Below, in pieces: positions 1 through 9,072 of a DNA stretch of 64,000 nt. Position numbers and translations under genes: made by a program. The stretch lies in the sequence record OZ240615.1. One strand, given 5' to 3'. Position 1 is the first letter of the stretch; each line of letters begins with the position of its first letter. A model generated the notes under the pieces. The model was not told the origin of the DNA and searched no databases. It saw only the letters and a list, made by a program, of their open reading frames with translations.

Positions 1-1
1 C

Positions 2-913
2 GTAGGTGGCGGTATTTTTAAACCCGGGGATATTATTCGGCCTTACATCCGTGTCGATAAACACAGCACTGATTTTAAATTCAATGCGACGCTAGATTCT
101 AATTATAGTGCTTACGATAAAATCGTTAAAAGCGGAATGACGTTAGACACCGTACTGAAAACGACATTCACCGCGCAAATTACGGCTGTGGATTCCGTTA
201 AGGGACAAACGTCAATTAAAATACCTGATGAATATGTTAAACTCGTTGTGATGGGTATTCCTCTTTATATTTCTTCGGGGTCTTCGACATCTGTAACTGA
301 TCAACAACGACTCATCAGGCGAGTATTAAACAGCAACGGTACCTATAGTTCTACTTATGTGATTGACGGTATTGTGGGCGCAGTTAACGACAATCTCGTC
401 ATTGACCAAACGAAAATACCAAGCTATACTTTTTATCCTTTTGAAGGTCTTTCGATCGCTGGATCGCTTTCGATGACATCCGATAACTCGATTTTATCTT
501 TCAGTAACAACGGTGATTTAGGTTTCCTGAAAAAATCTGGTGTCCCGTCTAAAGTGGCGATTGGCTCTGGGAATTCTTTCACTGTTGCAGCCTCGAATAA
601 ATCGACGATGTCGGTGACCGATACATTCACTGATGTTTTTAAAGTGGCGGCTAATGGTGTTGTCACCGTTAACAATACCGTTCTCCCTAATGCCTCTGGT
701 TCTGTGGATTTTGGTTCTTCTACCACTGCTTTCCGTAACGGTTATTTCACCGGAAGCGTAACTGTTAACGGTAACCCAGTAGGGACCAAAGTTGCTGTGC
801 CTTCTTCAGCTACTTCAGCTGGGTCGGTCGGGCAATGGGCAGCGGATACAAACTATTTTTACGTTTGCATTGCTGCAAACACATGGGTACGCGCACAACT
901 GGCAACATGGTAA
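2..913 (+). CDS. Tail fibre / receptor-binding protein, 5'-truncated by the window edge
   Basis: The frame of ORF 137..913 is open back to position 2 (VGGGIFKPGDIIRPY...KSG-MTLD), so ATG137 is internal. The sequence is Ser/Thr/Gly-rich and beta-like. The C-terminus VPSSATSAGSVGQWAADTNYFYVCIAANTWVR is typical of fibre/spike ends. Confidence 0.65.
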   Translation, partial: VGGGIFKPGDIIRPYIRVDKHSTDFKFNATLDSNYSAYDKIVKSGMTLDTVLKTTFTAQITAVDSVKGQTSIKIPDEYVKLVVMGIPLYISSGSSTSVTDQQRLIRRVLNSNGTYSSTYVIDGIVGAVNDNLVIDQTKIPSYTFYPFEGLSIAGSLSMTSDNSILSFSNNGDLGFLKKSGVPSKVAIGSGNSFTVAASNKSTMSVTDTFTDVFKVAANGVVTVNNTVLPNASGSVDFGSSTTAFRNGYFTGSVTVNGNPVGTKVAVPSSATSAGSVGQWAADTNYFYVCIAANTWVRAQLATW

Positions 914-914
914 T

Positions 915-950
915 AAACAGAGGAGGGTTTCGACCCTCCTCTGTTTTGTT
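915..950 (+). terminator. Intrinsic terminator (TTCG loop)
   Basis: AAACAGAGGAGGGT-TTCG-ACCCTCCTCTGTTT followed by TGTTT, directly after the stop codon. Confidence 0.9.
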
Positions 951-953
951 TCG

Positions 954-959
954 TATGAC
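954..959 (+). promoter_or_regulatory. Putative late promoter TATG(AC) for tailspike 1
   Basis: TATGAC directly after the terminator. TATG is the known phiKZ late-promoter core. The same arrangement precedes all three tailspikes. Confidence 0.5.
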
Positions 960-988
960 CATTTTCAAATAATAACCGGAGCCAGATA

Positions 989-3214
989 ATGTCCGATATT
1001 TTTTCTCAAAAGATCACTGAGTTACCTTTAAACTCAGCGCCCGCAGAAGGGACATTCATACCACTTTCCGATCCATTTAATAACCTCACTGGAAAAAGCA
1101 CTCTCACGGTAATGCGACAAAGTATAAACTTTGAAAATGCGTATACTTCCGTCGCGAATGCACTGCTGAAAACTAAAGAAAACGATGTCTTTTATGTTTT
1201 TGGCGATCAATCATTAAGCTATGTCCTCGGTTATGTCAATCGTGGTAACAATAGTTATACGGCGCTGTTAGACGGTACTGGAGAACAAGTAATTCGTGCT
1301 ACCGGGGCAGGTATTTCTAACAGCGCCCTTAACAACATGATTCTGAACGAATTTGAAGACCTTCGCCACTTTAAACCTGTATTTGATGGTCAGTTGATTT
1401 CTATTAAAGAACACTCCACTGGGACAGCCAAAGGCGGCGGGCAGTTTGTTGGTCATTTAGGAACCAAGACCGACGACGGCGGTATCGTTGCAGCGGGATC
1501 TGGGTTTTATTGGGAAAGGGTTATTGATAATAAAACTATTTCTCCGGAGATGTTTGGGGCAATAGGAGATGGAGCGACAGATGATACTACTCCTCTGCAG
1601 TTAGCCATGAATAACCCTGGATATGTTGTTTTCATTTCAAGTAATTATCTTACAACTAGGACGTTAGTCCCTTTAAGTAATGTCACAATTAGAGGTCATG
1701 GTACCATCACCCATGTAACAACCGAAAACTTCATTTGGTCCGGTAGCTCCCGCGTAAGTAATTATCCGGCTCTCAAGATTAGTTCCAAAAATGTGACTAT
1801 CGAAGAAATTACTATTGTTGGAACTTATGAATCTATCGCCTCTAACATTGGGGGTGATAATTTAATTATCCGCAATGTTACAGCAGGTGGTACGGAGGAT
1901 AAACGTTGTAAATCCTCTGTTTTCGTATTTTTTAATACTAAGGCAACCTCTGTTTTTGGATGCTCTCTAGGTTACGCTGGAAATCTGGCCACATGGAACG
2001 GGTCAGATATCGCAGCGGGCGGGTGTGATGGTATTGATTTTGGTGGGTGTAACGGGGTAACCATCAGCCAAACAAAATGTCACAATGTTGGTAGGAACGG
2101 CATTAACTGGTACGGTGCTGCTGACGTTTATATCGATAACTGTCATCAGACTTATTGCGGGCAATCGGGTATTCAACCTGGTCCGCACCCTAATTATCGC
2201 AATGTCTTCATTACTAATAATTTAGCGGACTACTGCTGCGCCGATGCGATCGATTGTCGTTATACAGGAAGTCCCGCCGTCGATGTTAACATGACAATAG
2301 ACAATTGTCAGTCTAACTGGATTGGGATGCTGTACGGCGACGTTACCTATATCAGTAATGACGGTACGGGGACTGTAACGCTTGCGATGGTAAACAAAGT
2401 CACGGTGAGTAATTGCATTTCAAATAATACCACAGGCGTTATTGCATGGTTTGAAGGCGTTTCTGACTGTGTCATGTCCAACATTGTAGGTAATTCACAA
2501 TACAGCAGATATGGCGTTGGTTTTTTCACTAGTTGTAATCGTGTGTCCTTAAACAACATCAATGTAGTTTGTAAAGGATCTGCCCTTTGGTTTGGTGGCG
2601 GCATGACGTTAACTGACGTCCGTATCGGTGGAAATAGTTACTTCGAATCAATCGACAGTTACTCGCTACTAATGCCTAACATTACATTAACACGGTTCAA
2701 GGTATCTCAGACGACGTTCGTAGGTTACAACGTCGCTAACGTAATTTTTCATACATCACGTTGTGAGTTTATCATGAAAGGAACAACCGCATCAGCGGTT
2801 TACCTCGGTGTAGCAAACACTAAACATGACCAACTGAGAGTGAGCGGAAGTACTAGTGCTTCTTTAGTTAATATTGGTGTTAGTACCGGAGTAATGATTG
2901 ATTCTTCTGAATTCATAAACTCTGGTACAGGTGCTGCACTAAGTATTGTTGGCGGTAACCTTTTTGTAATCTCAAAAAGCGTGATCTATAACACGGGGTC
3001 AGGTACGGGGAACGCCCTTGAAATAACAGGCGGGCAGAACGGTTCGGTATTTGCGTATAATGATATTTATTCTGCTTCTGGTTACTGGGTCAAATCAACC
3101 GCCGCTAGTCATACGAGACTCATTACCGATTCTAATAAAGAAAACGGGGCATTGGGTTCGTCGTGGGTAAGTATAACTAATGTTTTCAACATTAGTCCCG
3201 TACAAAGAACATAA
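989..3214 (+). CDS. Tailspike / polysaccharide depolymerase 1 (beta-helix, pectate-lyase-like), 741 aa
   Basis: N-terminal module shared with the next two genes (GGGxF...DDGGxxAAGxGxYWER). ISPEMFGAIGDGATDDT marks the beta-helix entry. The body is rich in Asn/Gly/Cys/Val short strands. Confidence 0.85.
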   Translation: MSDIFSQKITELPLNSAPAEGTFIPLSDPFNNLTGKSTLTVMRQSINFENAYTSVANALLKTKENDVFYVFGDQSLSYVLGYVNRGNNSYTALLDGTGEQVIRATGAGISNSALNNMILNEFEDLRHFKPVFDGQLISIKEHSTGTAKGGGQFVGHLGTKTDDGGIVAAGSGFYWERVIDNKTISPEMFGAIGDGATDDTTPLQLAMNNPGYVVFISSNYLTTRTLVPLSNVTIRGHGTITHVTTENFIWSGSSRVSNYPALKISSKNVTIEEITIVGTYESIASNIGGDNLIIRNVTAGGTEDKRCKSSVFVFFNTKATSVFGCSLGYAGNLATWNGSDIAAGGCDGIDFGGCNGVTISQTKCHNVGRNGINWYGAADVYIDNCHQTYCGQSGIQPGPHPNYRNVFITNNLADYCCADAIDCRYTGSPAVDVNMTIDNCQSNWIGMLYGDVTYISNDGTGTVTLAMVNKVTVSNCISNNTTGVIAWFEGVSDCVMSNIVGNSQYSRYGVGFFTSCNRVSLNNINVVCKGSALWFGGGMTLTDVRIGGNSYFESIDSYSLLMPNITLTRFKVSQTTFVGYNVANVIFHTSRCEFIMKGTTASAVYLGVANTKHDQLRVSGSTSASLVNIGVSTGVMIDSSEFINSGTGAALSIVGGNLFVISKSVIYNTGSGTGNALEITGGQNGSVFAYNDIYSASGYWVKSTAASHTRLITDSNKENGALGSSWVSITNVFNISPVQRT

Positions 3215-3219
3215 AGGGC

Positions 3220-3254
3220 AGAAAGAGAGGTTTACACCTCTCTTTCTTATTTTT
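3220..3254 (+). terminator. Intrinsic terminator
   Basis: AGAAAGAGAGGT-TTAC-ACCTCTCTTTCT followed by TATTTTT. Confidence 0.9.
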
Positions 3255-3255
3255 G

Positions 3256-3261
3256 TATGAC
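3256..3261 (+). promoter_or_regulatory. Putative late promoter TATG(AC) for tailspike 2
   Basis: TATGAC directly after the terminator T-tract, 28 nt before the ATG. Confidence 0.5.
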
Positions 3262-3288
3262 GATTAGCCCCCATTAAAGGGAAAGAAA

Positions 3289-5802
3289 ATGACTACTTAT
3301 TCGACGAAAATCAGCGCACTACCCAACGCCAATGACATACCCGAAGGAACTAAGATACCAGTTGTTGCTGAGCAAGGTACCACCGAACACATCGATGTTC
3401 GCAGTCTTCGTACTGCGCTTAATTTTGAAACCGCTTTTTCTACTGCCGCCGCGGGATCGCTCGCCACACCAGTGGGCGACGTTTTCTTTGTCTACAGTGA
3501 CGAAAATGCCATTGAAGTTAAAGCGTACGTCAGTCAAGGCGGTTCTACCTCTTACCCGTTAACGGATGATCAGGGGAAACAAATTACTTATCCTACAAAT
3601 AAACTTTTGACGCTGGTACCTTCTCTGGTAACGACAGTAAAAAGCTTTAGTAGTTTACGGACAACAAAACCCCTCTACGATGGTCAAACGGCATTCTTAA
3701 AAGGCTACAATGATGGGTCTTCTGTGGGCGGTGGGACCTTCATCGGTCGGATCGCCAGTAAAAACGATGACGGTGGAGTAGTCGCAGCAGGGAGTGGTTA
3801 CTACTGGGAACGTAGTCTCCACGATGCATTCGTCTTTCCAGAATATTTTGGTGCGATAGGTGACAGTCAGGTCGTAGACGACGTCATTTCCGGGGTTGAT
3901 GATACTGTTCCGTTAAAGGCATTTTTTAATTTCCTTTCCTCAAACCGAGTTAAGGGATCTTTAAAATCCGGGGCGCTTTATGGTGTAAGCGAAGCTATCA
4001 ATGTTATTGTCGGGGATTATGACTTTATTCTCGAGGGTAACGGCGGTGGGTTTGTTCAACTTAACGATACGACGGTTATTTCACTACAAAATACAACAAC
4101 TAACTCACCTAAGACTGTCAGTGAAATTAGTGTGGTCTCCTATAATTTAGGCGATGCTTCGGTCAACAGTATCGTTAACCGTTTCGTTTCCGACGGTCAC
4201 GGTTTTAAAAAGGGCGATATCGTTAAAGTCTTCTCTGATGACGTTTGTCCCGATAAGGAAAAAGATACTCAATTTATTGGTGAGTTTTTTGTTGTTGGTG
4301 ACGTAGTAGACGAAAACACCTTTGTCAGTACGGGTGTAGTTCTGGAGAATTACACGACCGGGATAAAAGTCGTTAAGCCAAAAACCGCAAATCTTGATAT
4401 CAAAAATCTCACTTTTGTATCTACATTACGTGACGGTTTTAACGCCAGTCTTTTTACCGTTCGCGGTTTTATCTCCCCGGTCATTGAAAATGTCGCTGTC
4501 TTTAATGTTAATGGAGTATTCCTGTCGTTGACTTCCTGTTATCATGCCAAGGTAAACGGGATCAAAGGTCGCGTACTTAAAAATGACCCGACAACCAGCA
4601 GCTATGGGTATTTAGTCAATGACTCAAGTAGCTACTACAGCGAAATTATTGGGATCGATTGTATCGAAGCGAGACACGCTTATACAACAACATCGGCTAA
4701 TTCTGTTGCGGGTGATGACCGCTGGGATTTACGTGGCCGCACCATCGGTTCTGTAATCAGGAATAGTTGGGCACAGGGTTGTCATTGTGCTTTTGATACG
4801 CACTCCCCTGCTTACGGAATTCAATTCATCAATTGTATCGTAGAAGACAATTTTAGAGGGGTTAATGTCGGCGGGGCAGGAATTCAAATCCGTGGAAACA
4901 ATTGCGCGGTGATTAATTGTACCGTCAAAAATTCTAAATACGGTATCGCTTTATCGTCGGCCTCAAAAACGAGCGACTCCAGTCTCTGCATCGACGGTTT
5001 TGTTTATTCTGGTGCTAACGGGAATATCCCAGTTAATCTGAGTGGCTCGACTACTCAGAAAATAACTGTGGTTTTCCGAGGCGGGGAAATTAGCACCAGT
5101 AATACGCAGTGTATCGTTTTGAATGATTGTCAGTTGGAAATATCTGGACTTAAATCAAATATTTCCAGTGTTAATAACGGTGCATCCGTGTTGTCGGTTG
5201 GTCAGAATACAATTGTCACCGGTGACTTAACTGCAGCATTTTCTGGGTCGGCCAATACCCATTCCATTGTCACACATACTGCAACAAACAGTCAAGTGAT
5301 TTTGAATACACTGAAAGTAACGGGGGTGACTAATGGTCTACGGTATTTAGATTCATCGGCTTCTCAGTACGATATTATCGGCTATTACCGTAACGTTTTA
5401 TTAGATGCGCCTTTACCGGGGATTGCTTTTTCTGGTTACCCTACCACGGCACCAAAAGTCGGGGCAGAAATCACCATCTACCCCACAATGGTAAGACCGC
5501 TAGCCTATCGTGCTATTAGCTACGGTGCGGCACAATCAGTGAACTTCGATCTTCAGTTTCCGCTCGACGACGTGATCATTGTCAGGTTAACGGTTACTGC
5601 GGATGGGGTTGTCGTGGGTTCGATGAGTCGCGGTGGGAAGGTTGGGCAAGTTGTGCATTTTAACAATAGCACGAACTCAACCAGTTCTATTGCGTTTACT
5701 AATAGCTCGGCTAACCTGTTAACTTTAGGTCAAACAACAACAATCGCACCTAATAGTAGTCTCAGTATCTACTGGGATGGAAGTACTTGGCGTAAAATAT
5801 AA
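3289..5802 (+). CDS. Tailspike / polysaccharide depolymerase 2, 837 aa
   Basis: Shared N-terminal module (GGGTFIG...DDGGVVAAGSGYYWER), VFPEYFGAIGDS motif, beta-helix-like body. Confidence 0.85.
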   Translation: MTTYSTKISALPNANDIPEGTKIPVVAEQGTTEHIDVRSLRTALNFETAFSTAAAGSLATPVGDVFFVYSDENAIEVKAYVSQGGSTSYPLTDDQGKQITYPTNKLLTLVPSLVTTVKSFSSLRTTKPLYDGQTAFLKGYNDGSSVGGGTFIGRIASKNDDGGVVAAGSGYYWERSLHDAFVFPEYFGAIGDSQVVDDVISGVDDTVPLKAFFNFLSSNRVKGSLKSGALYGVSEAINVIVGDYDFILEGNGGGFVQLNDTTVISLQNTTTNSPKTVSEISVVSYNLGDASVNSIVNRFVSDGHGFKKGDIVKVFSDDVCPDKEKDTQFIGEFFVVGDVVDENTFVSTGVVLENYTTGIKVVKPKTANLDIKNLTFVSTLRDGFNASLFTVRGFISPVIENVAVFNVNGVFLSLTSCYHAKVNGIKGRVLKNDPTTSSYGYLVNDSSSYYSEIIGIDCIEARHAYTTTSANSVAGDDRWDLRGRTIGSVIRNSWAQGCHCAFDTHSPAYGIQFINCIVEDNFRGVNVGGAGIQIRGNNCAVINCTVKNSKYGIALSSASKTSDSSLCIDGFVYSGANGNIPVNLSGSTTQKITVVFRGGEISTSNTQCIVLNDCQLEISGLKSNISSVNNGASVLSVGQNTIVTGDLTAAFSGSANTHSIVTHTATNSQVILNTLKVTGVTNGLRYLDSSASQYDIIGYYRNVLLDAPLPGIAFSGYPTTAPKVGAEITIYPTMVRPLAYRAISYGAAQSVNFDLQFPLDDVIIVRLTVTADGVVVGSMSRGGKVGQVVHFNNSTNSTSSIAFTNSSANLLTLGQTTTIAPNSSLSIYWDGSTWRKI

Positions 5803-5806
5803 AACT

Positions 5807-5846
5807 CAAGTGATAGGGTTGGTTTTAGCCGCCCTATCACTTGTTT
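5807..5846 (+). terminator. Intrinsic terminator after tailspike 2
   Basis: The 12-bp arms CAAGTGATAGGG (5807-5818) and CCCTATCACTTG (5832-5843) are followed by TTT. Confidence 0.85.
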
Positions 5847-5848
5847 CG

Positions 5849-5938
5849 TATGATTATTACCCGTACAAGATCACAGTACCTACTACCTCTGGCGGTATCT
5901 ACAAAGATGACACGGGTGCAGTAAAAGCTAAATCATAA
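5849..5938 (+). pseudogene. Probable 3'-end relic of a lost tailspike/fibre gene
   Basis: The frame reads YDYYPYKITVPTTSGGIYKDDTGAVKAKS-stop with no RBS/start pair. It lies between two terminator+TATGA units. Confidence 0.4.
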
Positions 5939-5943
5939 CTTGT

Positions 5944-5970
5944 AATCGGAGGGGAAACTCTCCGATTTTA
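5944..5970 (+). terminator. Second intrinsic terminator before tailspike 3
   Basis: AATCGGAGGG-GAAA-CTCTCCGATT (one G.U pair) followed by TT. Confidence 0.75.
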
Positions 5971-5974
5971 TGAC
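5969..5974 (+). promoter_or_regulatory. Putative late promoter TATG(AC) for tailspike 3
   Basis: TATGAC overlaps the end of the terminator T-run, 24 nt before the ATG. Confidence 0.5.
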
Positions 5975-5997
5975 CACCTCCATTCAGGATTAAAAAC

Positions 5998-7956
5998 ATG
6001 TCTAATGAAACACAGAAAATTAGCGAATTACTCAATACGTCCATCGTTTCAGAGAACACTATTCTTCCCGTAGTTGCTGCTGAAGGTGAGACCAATTCCA
6101 TTGATATTATCACTTTGCGCTCGGCGTTGTTATTTGATAAGGCGTTTGAGACTAATGAAGCAGGTAATGCGGCAACAAGTAAAAACGATTCTTATTTTGT
6201 TTATACCGATGCTACCAAAACAGCCGTATTGGGTTGGATGAACCAGGGCGGGGATTCTTATTCGCCTCTCCTCGATATTAACGGTGCACAAATCCGTTTT
6301 ATTGCGGGTCAAACTATCCGAGGGCTGGATTATTTCACAAATGGGGTTAACTCATTTGCGGATCTGAGAACACTGGCTCCGTTGTATTCTGGGCAGCGCA
6401 TTAAATTAAAGGCTTGGGCGGCGGGAGAAAAGACAGGCGGTGGTGAATTTATTGCTGTCTTCGGAACAGCGACCGACGACGGAGGGATAATAGCCGCGGG
6501 AAACGGGTATTACTGGGAAAGAGTGATCAATGGCGGGCTAAATCCAGAGATGTTCGGGGCTATTGGGAACGGTGTAGTTGACGATAGTAATAGTTTATCT
6601 AAGTTTCTACTGGCTTTAGCAAATAGAGCCAGATATTTAACGTCAATAACATTTGTTCCGGCTATAGGTTATCTCAACGGTATCTACAGAATAACAAAGA
6701 CTATTACTGTAGATGGCGGTAAAGTAAGGTTAACTACGAACACTGTCGGTTGCATCTTTTGTGACCCTACAGGAACTTACGAAAGTACCGGGTGTATTAA
6801 AGTAACCAATAATTACCTTAACTCTGCTTTTGTTGGGCAGTACGCAGCACTATTTGAAAATATTTCTTTCGTCACTACAGGAAGAACACTAACCGCAATT
6901 TATGCCGTTAGAGGAGACGCCGCGAGTGCTAATAATGGTGCGTGTCTTCATAATGTTTTTAAATGTTCGTTTAAAGGCTTCAGTAAAATTTTTACACATG
7001 GACCTGGTGGTTGGGGTTGGAACTGGGTGGGTTGTCAATTTTCTGATAGTACCAATTTGATGGTAATTGAAAATCAAGACGACACTTATGAAAGACACAG
7101 TTTCGATGGGTGTATTTTCCAAAATGGAGGGGTAGCGTTTACAATAAATAACCCAGATGGAAAGGTCTATTGGAAAAATGGTTCTATGGACTACTGTGCC
7201 GGCGCTGCTACGATTACTGCCGGTTTCATAGAGCTTAATGGTCACTTTGAGTGGTCGGCAAGAACCGTAGATTTCATTACACTTTTATCGAGTAATGCAG
7301 CTGCTTCTATCTCGGGTGCAATGTTTATTCGTAACAATATTTCTGGATCTACCTACTACGTCATTAATCAATATCAAGATAAGCAAGTAAAAGTAGATAA
7401 TTTGGTCGTTATATCTGACGGTAATTATATTGCTAGTGGTGTACTCTCAAATAAAGAGTTGTTAAAAGGAACGATTTTTGCGCAGAACGACGCGTCTAAA
7501 TCTGTGCTCTATCACTCCTCTGATGAAAATCTGATATCGGGAACTACGTCTTACCCTCAAGTAACTTTAACTAACACCACTCAGTTTTCTTATTCGGTGG
7601 CTGATGGTTCTTTGACAATTAGTTGTTCTGCGGGCGGACAAAGTGGTTTTCTTTACTTAGATGTTCCGGTAAATAATAAAAAATTCTACGCTTATAAAAT
7701 GACGGCGAGTAATACGTCTAATGGTTCTGTGTTCCTAGAAAAAACCGTATTGAATGCAAATAAAGATACGATAAGAACCGATACCAGTTCAGGTACTACC
7801 AGCTGGGCAGCAGGCTCTAGTTCGGTGGCAGGAGGTACTGTGACTCTTTTATCTTTACCTGCGGCGGCGGCTTTTATACGGATTAGATTTAATCTCTCAA
7901 GTATGACAACAGGAAGTACGTTTACTATCAGTTCATTGAAAACTTTCACTTTTTAA
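5998..7956 (+). CDS. Tailspike / exopolysaccharide depolymerase 3, 652 aa
   Basis: Shared N-terminal module (GGGEFIA...DDGGIIAAGNGYYWER), LNPEMFGAIGNGVVDDS motif, beta-helix body and a probable C-terminal carbohydrate-binding sandwich. Confidence 0.85.
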   Translation: MSNETQKISELLNTSIVSENTILPVVAAEGETNSIDIITLRSALLFDKAFETNEAGNAATSKNDSYFVYTDATKTAVLGWMNQGGDSYSPLLDINGAQIRFIAGQTIRGLDYFTNGVNSFADLRTLAPLYSGQRIKLKAWAAGEKTGGGEFIAVFGTATDDGGIIAAGNGYYWERVINGGLNPEMFGAIGNGVVDDSNSLSKFLLALANRARYLTSITFVPAIGYLNGIYRITKTITVDGGKVRLTTNTVGCIFCDPTGTYESTGCIKVTNNYLNSAFVGQYAALFENISFVTTGRTLTAIYAVRGDAASANNGACLHNVFKCSFKGFSKIFTHGPGGWGWNWVGCQFSDSTNLMVIENQDDTYERHSFDGCIFQNGGVAFTINNPDGKVYWKNGSMDYCAGAATITAGFIELNGHFEWSARTVDFITLLSSNAAASISGAMFIRNNISGSTYYVINQYQDKQVKVDNLVVISDGNYIASGVLSNKELLKGTIFAQNDASKSVLYHSSDENLISGTTSYPQVTLTNTTQFSYSVADGSLTISCSAGGQSGFLYLDVPVNNKKFYAYKMTASNTSNGSVFLEKTVLNANKDTIRTDTSSGTTSWAAGSSSVAGGTVTLLSLPAAAAFIRIRFNLSSMTTGSTFTISSLKTFTF

Positions 7957-7963
7957 CAAACAT

Positions 7964-7998
7964 AGACAGAGGAGCTTCTGCTCCTCTGTCTTATTTTC
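7964..7998. terminator. Bidirectional terminator at a convergent junction
   Basis: AGACAGAGGAGC-TTCT-GCTCCTCTGTCT with T-rich and A-rich flanks. Confidence 0.85.
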
Positions 7999-7999
7999 T

Positions 8000-8566
8000 T
8001 TATTCGTCGGCTTGTTCAACCAGAATGAATTTGCTGTCTTCGGTATTAATCGCTTTACCGCTCTCAGTAAGCAGTGAACCGCGAGGAATTTTGCTACCGC
8101 CACTACAGGTAACATCCAGATTACCAGACCAAACATGGCTGTTATAGGTTGTACCAGCTTTAGTCTGAATCGTCACCACCGCCGTTTCACCGGTCGGAAT
8201 GAATGGTAAATAATCTGACGCATTAGCGATATCTTCAACGTCGATGTACAGACTGTATTTTGCCTTGATCAGCGGTAAAAGATCCGCAATCGTCGACGCG
8301 GTCTCTGGTAACACAAGAGTCGGGCCGACGGATGACATCAGTTTGTTCAGTTCGATGCGAGTGTAGGTAAAGGTCTTGCTACCCGTCACCGGGGAACGAC
8401 CTGTAACGAGCACCGAGATACGATCTTCGGTACCTGGTACAGTTGAACCAGTGATGTTACCGAAGCTCAGATAACTCGCGTTAAGCGGCGTGGTGAGGTT
8501 ATTCTGCTGACTGATCAGATCAGCGAGAATCTCAAATTTGGGACGACCGAATAAATCGACGTACAT
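8000..8566 (-). CDS. phiKZ-like virion structural (tail/baseplate fibre-type) protein
   Basis: The likely start is ATG8566 (MYVDLFG), which has a GGAG RBS. The TFTYTRIELNKL module is shared with 58821, 61008 and 61584. It ends in an LLTESGKAINTED motif. Confidence 0.6.
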   Translation of the reverse strand: MYVDLFGRPKFEILADLISQQNNLTTPLNASYLSFGNITGSTVPGTEDRISVLVTGRSPVTGSKTFTYTRIELNKLMSSVGPTLVLPETASTIADLLPLIKAKYSLYIDVEDIANASDYLPFIPTGETAVVTIQTKAGTTYNSHVWSGNLDVTCSGGSKIPRGSLLTESGKAINTEDSKFILVEQADE

Positions 8567-8616
8567 GGGGTATACTCCATCTGATAATTGTAAGCTTACA
8601 CAATAATGCACGCTGC

Positions 8617-9003
8617 CTACCAGACAGGTTCTCCACGATCAATGAAACGAATCCTCTCTTTCTTACAGAGTTTCGCTAGAATATCCTTGAGTAAGTGGCG
8701 GTGACAAAAACAATCGTGTCCGCAATAGCAAGCCAAACAAATACGTCCTTGGTTGATCAACCATATCCAGGGTTCAGGATCTCTCTTAAATCGTTCACGG
8801 GTTAATTTATAGTATATCTCGACGTATTCCGCTTGATTCACAATTCCTTGTTTATACGGCCAGAGGAGTTCGGGTGTTGGGGCAAATATTTTCTCACCTG
8901 ACTTTAGCGTGGTGTCAACAAATAAAATATCTAATCCTTCCCACTTCCGCCAATCAGGGATTCTCCCAGTCCAAACCTCTAGCTGTTTAAAATCATGAAA
9001 CAT
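8617..9003 (-). CDS. DUF488-like protein
   Basis: Start ATG9003 follows GGAGG. Contains FAPTPELL and ICLACYC...FCHRHLL, the Cys/His signature of DUF488-type proteins. Confidence 0.6.
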   Translation of the reverse strand: MFHDFKQLEVWTGRIPDWRKWEGLDILFVDTTLKSGEKIFAPTPELLWPYKQGIVNQAEYVEIYYKLTRERFKRDPEPWIWLINQGRICLACYCGHDCFCHRHLLKDILAKLCKKERIRFIDRGEPVW

Positions 9004-9050
9004 TTTTCCTCCAAATTGAAGCAAAAAAAAAACAGTTTACGGATCCTTTT

Positions 9051-9072
9051 TCCTAGACCCGAAGGTCTAGGA
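9051..9072 (-). terminator. Hairpin with c(TTCG)g loop overlapping a stop codon
   Basis: On the minus strand TCCTAGACC-TTCG-GGTCTAGGA. A T10 run follows about 20 nt downstream. Confidence 0.55.

Noticed and set aside
137-139. ATG137 as the start of the first gene
   Set aside because: The frame is open for 45 codons upstream to the window edge and there is no clear RBS, so the gene is 5'-truncated.
5810-5938. A 42-aa GTG-started ORF, a 24-aa ATG5850 ORF, or a +1 frameshift extension of tailspike 2 in the spacer
   Set aside because: The GTG lies inside the terminator stem, neither start has an RBS, and a frameshift product would have to read through the terminator. A relic is the simpler reading.
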